DNA of 64,000 bases from Phoronis australis (lineage: Eukaryota > Animalia > Phoronida): positions 1,552,896 to 1,616,895 of the forward strand of contig NMRA01000021.1 of NCBI GenBank assembly GCA_002633005.1, given 5' to 3'. Below are positions 14,924-26,200 of the stretch, in pieces. The notes below the pieces were generated by a model that searched no databases, had not been told where the DNA came from, and saw only the letters and a list, made by a program, of their open reading frames with translations. The position numbers were made by a program, and so were the translations under genes. Positions within the stretch are counted from its first letter, which is position 1; each line of letters opens with the position of its first letter.

Positions 14924-15145
14924 AAAATTTGTCTCAAATTTTTCCTCAGACAAACTGGAGGTGATTTCAGAGCATTGAAGGAACTTACAGTTTGTTATTG
15001 CTTGAGACCAGGCTCCACAAAATGGCATGTCGCAGCACGCCATTTTATACACTGAGCCTGGTCTCAACAAATAACAAACTGTCCGATCTTTGCAAAACAA
15101 GAAATCATTTGCCATATGATTCAGGAAAAAGTTGAGACAAATTTT
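14924..15145. mobile_element. Foldback/palindromic MITE
   Basis: aaaatttgtctcaa...acagtttgttattgcttgagaccaggctc...aaaatggc pairs with gccatttt...gagcctggtctcaacaaataacaaactgt...ttgagacaaatttt around a ~12-nt loop. Confidence 0.7.
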
Positions 15146-16189
15146 AAAGCAGTGAGTGGTTCAAGTTGCGAGTTCTTTTCTTGGAGAGACTGGGAGATTA
15201 TAGCTGCCTTGTGTTATTGAAATGAATGATGAGGTTAAAACCAAACACTTATCGTAATAAGGTAACCAATGATAGAGAGACCATGCTTTTCTGGAAATGA
15301 ACAGAATAGATCGTTCGCAAGATAAGAGGATTCATTTTCGTTCCCCTTTAATTGATGTCCTGAGGTTTGTAAGAACTCGAGCTGGCTTTCCATGTGCAGA
15401 GCTGAAGACTATTATTTGTCACACTTTTCTATGGAACTAAGTTTTATTTTTACTTATGTTGGGGTTTTAATTAGGAAAAAAAATTTACGGTAAATATAAT
15501 CTAAAAAAATGACCGAGACTGATTCTGACCACCAATCAAATGATGATTATTAAGCAGGCAGATATTCAAGTCATTCTTCACTTTTTCTGAAGGTGGCACT
15601 GAATTCTTTTTCCAGTCTTGACAAACAATGAACGTGATGTGCAAACAGTGTTTAAGAACACCAAATTACCGGTATTTATTTCTCAGCCAGTAAGCAAAAC
15701 CCGATGGAATTTCACCCAGCACATCGTACTTTTCACCCCCTATCTCCCTACACTGGCCTTCATCGTACAAGATCACAGATGCAGTATAGTACAGTGAGTC
15801 TATCCGTAGCCTTCACTCGCGTGAGGGGAATGGTGGCTGTGCCTTCTGAGGGTTGAGGTGAAGATTAGAGAGCTCTATTAATTCTAACCAAGGAGGTCAC
15901 TGCACCTCATGTGCAGTGCCTCAAGCAGTCAAAACTAATGTTTTAATAGAATCATATAGTGATTTTAAGCTTCAGGGGAATGTTTTAATCATTGGAGAGA
16001 AATTTTGGGACCTGGTGAACAGAATTTCACGATTTTTTACATTTTTCAGAGTGGCTGTGGTCAATATCTGTTGCTGCTCGGGTAAATTCCAGGACACAAT
16101 GCTGATTGATAAGCTTCCAAGCACCCATGGCGTGACAGTGCACCCACAATCGACAGCGCACCCATGATCGACATCGCACCACAATTACC

Positions 16190-16920
16190 TAGAAATTTCA
16201 AATCGCCCTACAGCTGTCTGGGATGGTTTACTAGTACCTCGTCACTTTGTCGTGAAACTTGTATTCAGATGCAAAGCTAACAACCGCAGGGTTGCATGAA
16301 AAATCTGGGAGTTAACGCACACTCACTTTGCCGTTACAGCCATTTAAGCATAAAATAATTCAATAAACATCTGATTCATTTTCTTGGATCAATCTCCAAC
16401 TTTTGTAACTGAATAAAGTCTGTAGTCGACTTGAAATCAGTAAGCTCTTTACACGTGTACGCGTCATTTACCTAACTTTTTGCAGCATCTCTCGGGAGAT
16501 GATGACAGATTCACTGAAGCTCATTTTGCTCAGAAATCAGGTTCACTGACCAGTGTTAAAATACTAAAAAAAATATAAGGAAGGGGAACCAATTCTGATA
16601 ACTTGTTGTACGTGACATGTACGCAACCTTGTCGAAGAAGAATAGCTGATTGAAAAATCATCAAAAGGTGAAATTGGTAATACAAGATAGTGATGAAGCT
16701 CTATTTCATGGCGTTGAAAGTTGGCATATAAGATTTGCTCCATAACTTCAGCAGCAGAATGCATAACAACAATCTTTTAGCACCATGCAGTAACTAAATT
16801 GTTTACTCAACAAGGAAGAGTTACTTTAAACAAGGTTAATTTTTGTGTCTGATGTTATTTGGACATTTTTTATCCACATCGGTACAGCTTTGCACCTAGC
16901 AAGGCAACTTATTTTGATCT
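16190..16920. repeat. Dispersed repeat (old DNA-transposon family), second copy at ~55540-56200
   Basis: Colinear diverged blocks, e.g. ctcgtcactttgtcgtgaaacttg / ctcgtcacctcgtcgtgaagcttg and ccaattctgataacttgttg / ccaattctgatcatttgttg. Confidence 0.55.
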
Positions 16921-17345
16921 GTTAGAATAGAACATGCCTCCCCATCAGGAAGGTAATTACAAGCATGCACCATTTCACAGCGGCACAGATCTATACGACA
17001 CAGATTCGCTATCTCGCCACAAAGTGATGTGCGTAATTACCTGCTAACGCTTGACCTTTGAGTTCCACGGAGGTCAAACAATGAATGACCCAATACCCAA
17101 TAGCAACCAACTACGCCTACTGCAATTGCCACAAGGCACAATTGGGATGAAATTGCGAACCTCGCCAGATTTCTGGTGCACCTGTGTCACTGTGTAATGG
17201 AGTACCCGGTCTTTAGGCCTACTTATATGGTGAATACTATTACAACAAGTATGCTCCAACACTCCAACAGATCAAAATAAGCTACCATGAAAACAAGCCT
17301 CCAAGGGCAAGGTTACAAATTTACGAAGTACAATCGACTAGTACA

Positions 17346-18548
17346 ACAAGCAGTCATCATCGAATCATCGAATCAAGGCAGTTCAGTTGTGAAGTGTCAG
17401 TATAATTCAGAAACTTAAAGAAGTTGAGTATTTACCGCACTCTTATCAACTAGTAGATGATAAAACAAGGCATTCAACCAGCGCTCAACATCCAATACAA
17501 TGATCGATTTCCTAACCTTGCTCTCAACTAAGTCTTTGCCGAGCCTAAACTTGATTGACCGGTATGTTTTGCTAGAAACAGGAAGTTGTAAGAGAACAAT
17601 TAAATTCGACGATGTCGTTTCCTAAACTTATTATCTATATTCTGAAGTAAAATACTTACCATAAAGCAAAATAAAAGTAAAATTTCACTTGTGACTATGA
17701 AAACGAAAGTTTTTAAAGATCTGGTCGTCGAAAAATATCTTTTTACCTATTATACTCTTTAGCGTTTGGAGAACACAAAAAGCAGTAAACAATGAAAAAT
17801 GATTGGAAGTGTTCGCTGTAGTTTTCATCAAAATTTTGTTAAAAGGCTCACTTTTGTTCGTTTTTTGTGTGATGTTACGAAACTACGTAGAGGCCGTCAA
17901 ATGCCTGCTGGAAAAATTGCTCTTTACGAAAACCCGTTACCTGAAGAAGGTCAGTGACAGTGAAATCTAGCCAGCCAGGCACCTCCGCTTTTAAACTTGG
18001 AAATAATCATCAGATAATGACCATCGTCTGTGCTGGCGCAAGTGGCACAGACAATGGAGATCTTATAGGAGCTTCATACACCGGAAGCTTTTCGGCGAAT
18101 TATGCCTCGCACTGACTAAAACATCAAAGTCACATTGTTATAAATTTGTTTTGTGCATAGATGGACACCTTAGCTAGGAGGTCGTCGATGTAGTCGGATA
18201 TAATGGACCCTAACTTACTTATTCCAAATAAATCCACTAAATGTGGGTCTGAATGAATGATTTTGATATCGTTGCATTCCTCAGACATCTGGCTATCCAT
18301 TCATTTCCACCTCACGACCCTCAATTACTCCGTTCCATAACTACGCTATTCCAAACTCTGTCCACTTTAGCCATGCGCATTGTGAAATTGACAGCCATTT
18401 CAGGGAACTTACTATATCTAGTGCCATCTATCGGCGATCTGCTACTACACATGCTGTTCCTTTTCATCAGTCAATGTCATTGGTCGATTTTGTCAATTAT
18501 TAATGTCATCGTTCGGGTCTCATGGACGACGATAACATGACGATGACA
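17346..18548. repeat. Copy 1 of a ~1.2-kb near-identical duplication (copy 2 at ~19038-20242) covering the divergent-promoter region and exon 1 of the dsRBD-RNase H gene
   Basis: Direct sequence identity with few SNPs and indels. The exon-1 copy at 17799-17949 encodes MIGSVRCSFHQ...PEE. Confidence 0.9.
17500..17800. promoter_or_regulatory. Probable bidirectional promoter / 5' non-coding exon region of PARP3 and the dsRBD-RNase H gene (duplicated at ~19180-19475)
   Basis: The PARP3 ATG exon is preceded by an acceptor (~14703-14711), so an upstream non-coding exon is needed. Minus-strand donors G|GTAAGT (17654-17660) and AG|GTTAGG (~17511-17518) and an ETS-like CAGGAAGT (~17579) lie 140-300 bp from the plus-strand ATG at 17799. 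TSS positions are not determinable. Confidence 0.45.
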
Positions 18549-18875
18549 TTATCATACTTTAACTTTGGCCCAAGGTTCATTGACACGGTCAAAACACTCT
18601 ACAACAAATCTTGTCTCTGTGTTCTCCAACATGGATTTTTCTCTGAATTTTTTGAAATGGGGAGAGGCTGTCGTCAAGGAGACCCCATTTCTCCTTACCT
18701 TTTTTATTATGTGTAGAATTATTGGGTAATTTAATTCGTCGGGATGGTGGCATCACTGGTGTCAGGATAGGTGTTTCTGAGTTTAAATTGATCCAGTACG
18801 CTGACGACACTTGTTTGATTTTGGACGGTTCTGAGTTATCTCTAAGATCATCTTTGAATTTAATTGACCAATTTG
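18549..18875 (+). mobile_element. L1/Tx1-type LINE reverse transcriptase fragment
   Basis: Translations FNFGPRFIDTVKTLY...GRGCRQGDPISPYLF and IQYADDTCLILDG. Contains an in-frame stop and ends at the N at 18876. Confidence 0.88.
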
Positions 18876-19037
18876 NGTTTGAATCAACGAATACTATATA
18901 TTTGTGAGAGTTAAATCAAGTCCTATTCAGATCATAACTTTGAAGTGGAATAATTGGGTGAGTAAGACAACAAGCCGGTTTTATGCTTAGGCGGACGACT
19001 ATAGGGTTTCGGAGTGTACAATCCACTACACTACAAT

Positions 19038-20242
19038 ACAAGCAGTCATCGACAGTTCAGTTGTGAAGTGTCAGTATAATTCAAAAACTTAAAGAAGTTG
19101 AGCATTTACCGTACTCTTATCAACTAGTAGATGTTAAAACAAGGCATTCAACCAGCGCTCAACATCCAATACAATGATCGATTTCCTAACCTTGCTCTCA
19201 ACCTCAGTCTTTGCCGAGCCTAAACTTGATTGACCGGTATGTTTTGCTAGAAACAGGAAGTTGTAATAGAACAATTATATTCGACGATGTCGTTTCCTAA
19301 ACTTATTATCTATATTCTGAAGTAAAATACTTACCATAAAGCAAAATAAAAGTAAAATTTCACTTGTGACAATGAAAACGAAAGTTTTTAAAGATCTGGT
19401 CGTCGAAAAATATCTTTTTACCTATTATACTCTTTAACGTTTGGAGAACACAAAAAGCAGTAAACAATGAAAAATGATTGGAACTGTTCGCTGTAGTTTT
19501 CATCAAAATTTTGTTAAAAGGCTCACTTTTGTTCGTTTTTTGTGTGATGTTACGAAACTACGTAGAGGCCGTCAAATGCCTGCTGGAAAAATTGCTCTTT
19601 ACGAAAACCCGTTACCTGAAGAAGGTCAGTGACAGTGAAATCTAGCCAGTCAGGCACCTTCGGCTTCGGCTTCGCTTTTAAAAATTAAATTTGGAACTAG
19701 ATAATGACCATCGTCTGTGCTGGCGCAAGTAGCACAGACAATGGAGATCTTATAGGAGCTTCATACGCCGGAAGCTTTTGGGCGAATTATGCCTCGCACT
19801 GACTAAAACATCAAAGTCACATTGTTATAAAATAAATTTGTTTTGTGCATAGATGGACACCTTGGCTTAGCTAGGAGGTCGTCGATGTAGTCAGATATGG
19901 ACCCTAACTTACTTATTCCAAATAAATCCACTAAATGTGGGTCTGAATGAATGATTTTGATATCGTTGCATTCCTCAGACATCTGGCTATCCATTCATTT
20001 CCACCTCACGACCCTCAATTACTCTGTTCTATAACTACGCTATTCCAAACTCTGTCCACTTTAGCCACGCGCATTGTGAAATCGGCAGCCATTTCAGGGA
20101 ACTTACTACATCTAGCGCCATCTATCGGTGATCTACTCCTACACGCGCTGTTCCTTTTCATCAGTCAATGTCATTGGTCGATTTTGTCAATTATTAATGT
20201 CATCGTACGCGTCTCATGGACGACGATAACATGACGATGACA
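19038..20242. repeat. Copy 2 of the ~1.2-kb duplication
   Basis: Near-identical to 17346-18548. Confidence 0.9.
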
Positions 20243-23200
20243 GATAAGATGGCGAGAGTGAGGATGACGAGAGCAGACATAACAATGATTAATAACGATG
20301 ACGTTAATAATTGACAAAATCGACCAATGACATTGTTGGAAAAAATGTTGGCTTTCAGCGCCATGAAATATTGTGTCACATATTGGCCAGATTCTTTTTT
20401 CGACGATTCTTCAATTAATCAAGGAAGAGAGAACTTTTTAGTTTTTAATGATATTAACTTTGTAACTTTGTTGCAAAGCTGTACAAATATATCTTCGTAA
20501 TTGTCTGGTTAAAATCTTGCACTAAATTGTGTCATTACATTTGTTCACTCTCGAAAATTATTTTAACTGTGAGCAGTAGTTTTTAGTGTGATTGAAGCAA
20601 TTTCAATGTAAAAGTAAAAAATGTGCAAATTGTATAAGTCAGCTGACCAGAATAAGTAATGCCATTATTATAACAACAACAATATGGCTATGGAGGTTTT
20701 TAGCAATATATTTTATTTAACTTTGTAAATTAAAGGGTCAAAGAAGAAAATTAATTATTGACATGAAAGTCTAATTTTGTTCCATTTTGTTCCTTTTTGT
20801 AGGTATATTTTCAGCTAAATGTTATTGTTGGAGATTAGTTTGTTTGCAAGGCAATTTCAATTCAAAGGAGGGAATGCTATGACATTGCCTTGGATCTTGA
20901 TTGGCTTATGTTTTTAACTCCAGAATGTGGTTAAAAAGTGAAATGAAATGCAGACTGCTGGACCAACCAAATTCATGTATGACATGTACTCACGTTTTTT
21001 CAGATGTATTCTACCATAATCGTAATTTTATTATGATTTCAACACCTGCTCTGGCACCGATCGTAGATTTGGGTCAACGTTTATCCTCAACTTCTCTCAA
21101 AAAATTCAATTTAGTTTTCTTCGTATTTCAATTTTCTACTCAGTCAATCATTTGCCAAGCTTTGTTGTCATATGTTTACATGTTTACCGCGTTAGCGTAA
21201 CAAATTTTTACATGAACGATGTGCTCTTTATGCGTATAACATTACTCTTAGTATGCGTATAACTTTACACTGTTTTCACGTATTCACTCAAAAGTATACA
21301 TTTCTCACACAGGATGCTTGCGTTAATGCAACCCCTGATTTTTTGCTCTTTAATTTGAGCAGACGTTAACCTGGATGAGTATGGTTTGCTTTAGTCTGAG
21401 GTTCTGCTCCATGTGCAGGGATATTCCTGGACTGCACCTTTGTGCCATTAAGGCATAAAATATATAGAGACGGAAGTACATTGCAGCAGTGTGCCTTCCA
21501 GACCCATCTTTTAAAACACAACACTCTTCAAAAAATGCAAGATTCTCGTCAACTTTTTGCCAGTCGAGTAATATGTGATTCTTGTCTTAATCGCCCTTGG
21601 TGTTTCTGTTTCATATGTTACCACTTCAATTGCACTAAGTCTGCTGGGCATAACTTTTTGAAAAAAGGCACACGATTATGATCAGGTGTGACCAAAGGGC
21701 ACAGGTTCAAACCTGGCCATGAATATCCCTGCAACTGACACTGCCTGCTGATTATAAGTGGTCCATGTACTTCATAGAAGTTTTAAGTTATCAGCATAAA
21801 ATATGTGTAATCATAGGTGCCAGAACTGTGTTATTTTAATTTTCAAACTTTGCTTACTTTCGTTCAAGGACTTTAGCACATCTATTCTTGATTTCCAGTT
21901 GAATACCTAAGAAAGAAATTTCCTCAACCCCAGCAGCTAGTTGATGAGGTCCTATCCTCAGTGGTGGCTGTGGACCCCACTGTCGTCCCACAGAAGACCA
22001 CTGTACCACTGATGCCATTTACACCTTGGGAAACATGGAAGGTAAGGAACTGCTGCATTCCTCTGGAATAATGCCTGATGTTGTCGGTTGTAACCCAAGT
22101 TGGTGATTTGGGTTTAGAACCAGAAAGTTGAATTTTGGGAGACAAAATGAGCATTCATGAAAATATGGGGCTCTACGCCCAATATAGTGTAGACTGTAAA
22201 ATTTCACTAGGGGAGGTGGAGGGGAGAGGTTGGAACCATCCAAACATGACTATTTAGAGGTATTAATTTTGAAAAGTAGAGCTTTCTGTTAAGAGTTTGC
22301 CAAAAGCTATAAATGCTTTTATACAGGTCAGCTTACACTCCAAGTGGCCCGTAAAGTTCAAGGTCGCTGGAAAGAGCAGTCGGGTTGAGCTGGCAGAAGA
22401 GAATGCGTACCTGTTGGCCTGTGCTATGCTGTCTGTGAGTCGTGATAAATATTTAGTGCATATATACTTACACGTAATTAGGAAGATTCGTTTGTGGCAC
22501 AGATGCATTGTGAACCCCTATCTCTAGCTATGACTGACATGTGCAGTGCTATGATTGAAATGGAATTTTCTCTAACAATTATTTCTTCAGTGCAATAAAT
22601 TGTGGAAAGATTTAGACACTTAATGCGCATTTAAGTCCACACAGGGCTGATTAGGTAAAGCAAACTTCAAATAAGAATAAATTGATATGGTAGCAGCCCT
22701 TCTTTAACATAGACTTCATTGAAAACACGACTATAAACTTTTTGTTTGAAAGCTTGATACAGGGTTGAAAAAAACACCTTTTCAGGTGGGCAGCTATGTA
22801 GCAAAACAACGAGAGACATAAACAGTCAAATTAAAACACTTACTAACTGCTATGTTTCAAGACTGCACGTCTCATCATCAGGCAATAAGTAGAATGAACA
22901 CATTATGAAGCAAAGTAAACTGTGAAATACATGTGACAGCGGGAAGAGGGGCATACAAGCAGAATTTGAATGCAACACACGATAGGAAGCCCGCAACCCT
23001 ATTGGAACAGAGCCTGTGTGCAGTACACACCTGCAAGCTGCTCATTCAACAGGTTTTTCGTGACTGATTAATAGCTATGTTATGTCTCTCGGTGTTTTGC
23101 TACATAGCTGCACACCTAAAGAAAGGAGATTGCTTTGACACTGCGAATGACTCTGTATAAAGCTTTCAAACGAGATTAGTCGTGTTTTCGTTGAAGAATT

Positions 23201-26200
23201 CTGTGAAATAAATGTACTGCATTCAGTCCAGGGTTATATCATGAGTTGTGTAATTATGAAAGTTAACTCGCCATATTAAAACACCACGTGAAGACTTCCA
23301 CCCCAAAACCTGAACCGAAACAAGAATTCTCAAAGATAGCGCTGCCCACTTTGATTCGGAAGTTTTAAGCAGGTATTCCCATAAAATGTTCATGCAAAAT
23401 TGAGACCCACTATGAACGAAAGTTGAACCTGGAGATTTTTGCATTTTGCAATTTTTGCGACTGCTTTCAACTGTAGGCTTAGGTTGAGGCGCTGGTGTCG
23501 TGAACATACAGTGTATTAGGCATCAACATTCATTTGTAAATTATGCGAAATTCAGCCAACAGACAACCACTTTGAATCAAACAATTAAAAATCAATGCAA
23601 TTCATTTTTGGATCCTCACCAAGAAGCACCTGTTCTTGCCAAGCCCAAAATTCGCTGCTGTGAAGTTATCATATTATTTAGGACCTTGGACTTGTTGACA
23701 GCAATGGCCAACCACTGGATTACAAGGAAACATTTTACGAGCTGCTAGAGAATGTGTCCCACAAGGCATTTACAATGCAGAAGATCAACGTGACGAGTAC
23801 TCGCTATACAGGTTTGTATAACATAGTGTTGTTGAACTGAAAGGTGGATTCAAGGGGTCCGGGCCTCACGGTGGACATGCCGCTAAAAGCTGCCGACAGG
23901 CTGCTTTCAAGAACTACTCAAACATTTTCCTGCAAGTTCATGGTTGCCCCCTAATGACATTGTAGACTTGTCAATGCATTAAACTTTTTAGTGCAATGTA
24001 CACATATAATTGAAAAATATTACCTCCCCCATACATATAAAGCAATGGTCCTATTTGGACAGATTAAGCATATTTGCTTGCGGTAATATCCAGAGCATTC
24101 AAATTGTACCTTAGGTGAAGCCGTTAAACCAATCATGAACATTTAAAAGGAACATTTTTGAAAAGTTGGGTGAGTTTACCTGACAATCCATTTGGTTAAC
24201 GACCTGGGAATTGTATTGATGGATGTAACATTGGTAGTATTAATTAAAAAGTCAAACAGGGTGTGGATAAAGTGCTGGTTGTGACGCAAGAAAATTGCAA
24301 GCTTTTTGGGTCATGGAGCTCTGATATTCACAAAGATATGGTGCTTCAAAGAGGGATTCTATAACCAAACTTGGGTATAATATTTTTAAAAATTAAGGAT
24401 GTGCGTTTAGCCGAATGTGGGCATTAACCGGCAGAAGATTACAATGAAACAAGGCTTGGAATTTTCCGCGGAAACACGGATTTCTGCTTTTTTCAAATGT
24501 TCCGTCCGCGTATTTTGTTATATTTCCGCGTAAAAAAATTGGATTTGATATAAAATTTCTGCGGCAAATTCCTTTCTTACCGTGGCGTTGCCGACGACTT
24601 TCACCTCAAAAAGCGGAAGTTGCACTTTATGTTTCGGAGGAATGTAAATTGTTAACATTGCTGGGGCATCTGAGATAGCGTGGTGGATTTTTCAATGGCG
24701 TCTCGTGTGATTGTAAACCGCGGTGACAAATACTACGACTCTGCAGCCAAAATTGTGTGGAGATGGGAGTTGACGGACGAGCTAAAAAGACGCAGACGCA
24801 CGCTTCTGGAGGTGGTACCGTTTTTTTTTAGTCCCCCCGATTTTTGTTGGCAAAAGGTCCACATCGACTATGTCGAGGCTGGGAAGTGCGCATGTTTTGG
24901 GCCGTAAAAATTTCCGCGTTTTTCGTCATTGGTCATTCCAAGCCCTGATGAAATTAGGCCTACATTGTAAATTTGTGCCTATCACATTTTTTGACTTGAA
25001 TGTTTCAACTGCTACTACCAGCTTCTTCACATAATATAAGGTCTGAAAAATCTCAAAAGTTTTTATCTTTCAGCTATTCAGAATCCATAGGCAATAAAAC
25101 AACATTCTCAGCCAGGACCATCAAAATTTTTTTGTTAAGCTGTGTTCACTTACACTGGACAACTGGGATAATTGTATTAACGATGAGCAGGGTGGACAAA
25201 GAACTGCTTTCACTGACCTTGCGTATTGATTTCAAAAGGCTTATTGTCTGGGTTGTATAATAATGGTTCGTAAAATTCTAAGCCAGAGTAATCATCACTA
25301 TGCAGACTAGTTAACCCCTCCTAACCCAACGTGGTAAATAGTTACCAAGAAATTGGGTTCATTCGTCCGATAATTTTTAATTTTTTAGTTTTTGTGTAAA
25401 TCCTTTGTTGAATTTAATGTCGATGTATTACGGTCTGTGTGTCATTTTGCAGGCATCAATGGTTGTCTATGGAAGACGGTGATTGACTGTACTTGGCCAT
25501 GTGACATTCAAGAAGTGGCTTATGGGAAAACTCAGGAGGAAAGTGAACGCAACGCCACCATGCACATCTGTGTCAAATTAAAGGTTACTGTTACTGTTCA
25601 TTTTCTCCATGCTTGTATTTTCTCTAAGAGTTAATTTTTTCAGTCAGTGCGAACTATGTAGGACCCTACAAAAATGCAGTCAAGTCACCCTTATATTGTG
25701 CAAGTTGCAGCTTGCAGCAGCAGAGCTTTCAACTGTTACTTGCAAGAAAAACATTAAACATTTTCAATTCTTGTGATCTGTTGTTGTTGGTTATGTAGGT
25801 AACTGAGTCTCTTCTCTCTGTTACAGTCTCTCAAGATCCTTGATAAAAGAAATCGGATCTGTAACCCAGTGGTGATGAGGCTATCCAACTTAACCCTAGA
25901 GTCAGATATTGATAATATCCAATGTGACTATGAGTTTTACGTTGACGCCTCTGTGAAAGGCTTTGGAGGATACCTTCTGACAATGAAAACTGAACTGCAT
26001 GAAAATCCTATTTTGTGGATAAAAGAACCATGGCCTGATAATGTTCTCCATTCCTACACCAGGCCGTTCATTCCGACGACTTTCCTCGAGTTTTACAGCA
26101 TTGTGGCTACTGTGTACACATGGAAACGAAAATTTATGAATAAGAACGTCTTATGCTGGTGTGACAATCAAACTGCCGTCGACATTGTGAACAAGGGTCT

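Noticed and set aside
18253-18540. 95-aa ORF repeated at 19947-20234 and antisense ORF 19803-19994
   Set aside because: Conservation is explained by the near-identical duplication; no recognisable domain; indels break the antisense frame between copies.
21899-25583. A conventional DHX30 helicase gene
   Set aside because: No DEAH helicase motifs seen downstream; the frame proceeds into RNase H and terminates with a polyA signal.
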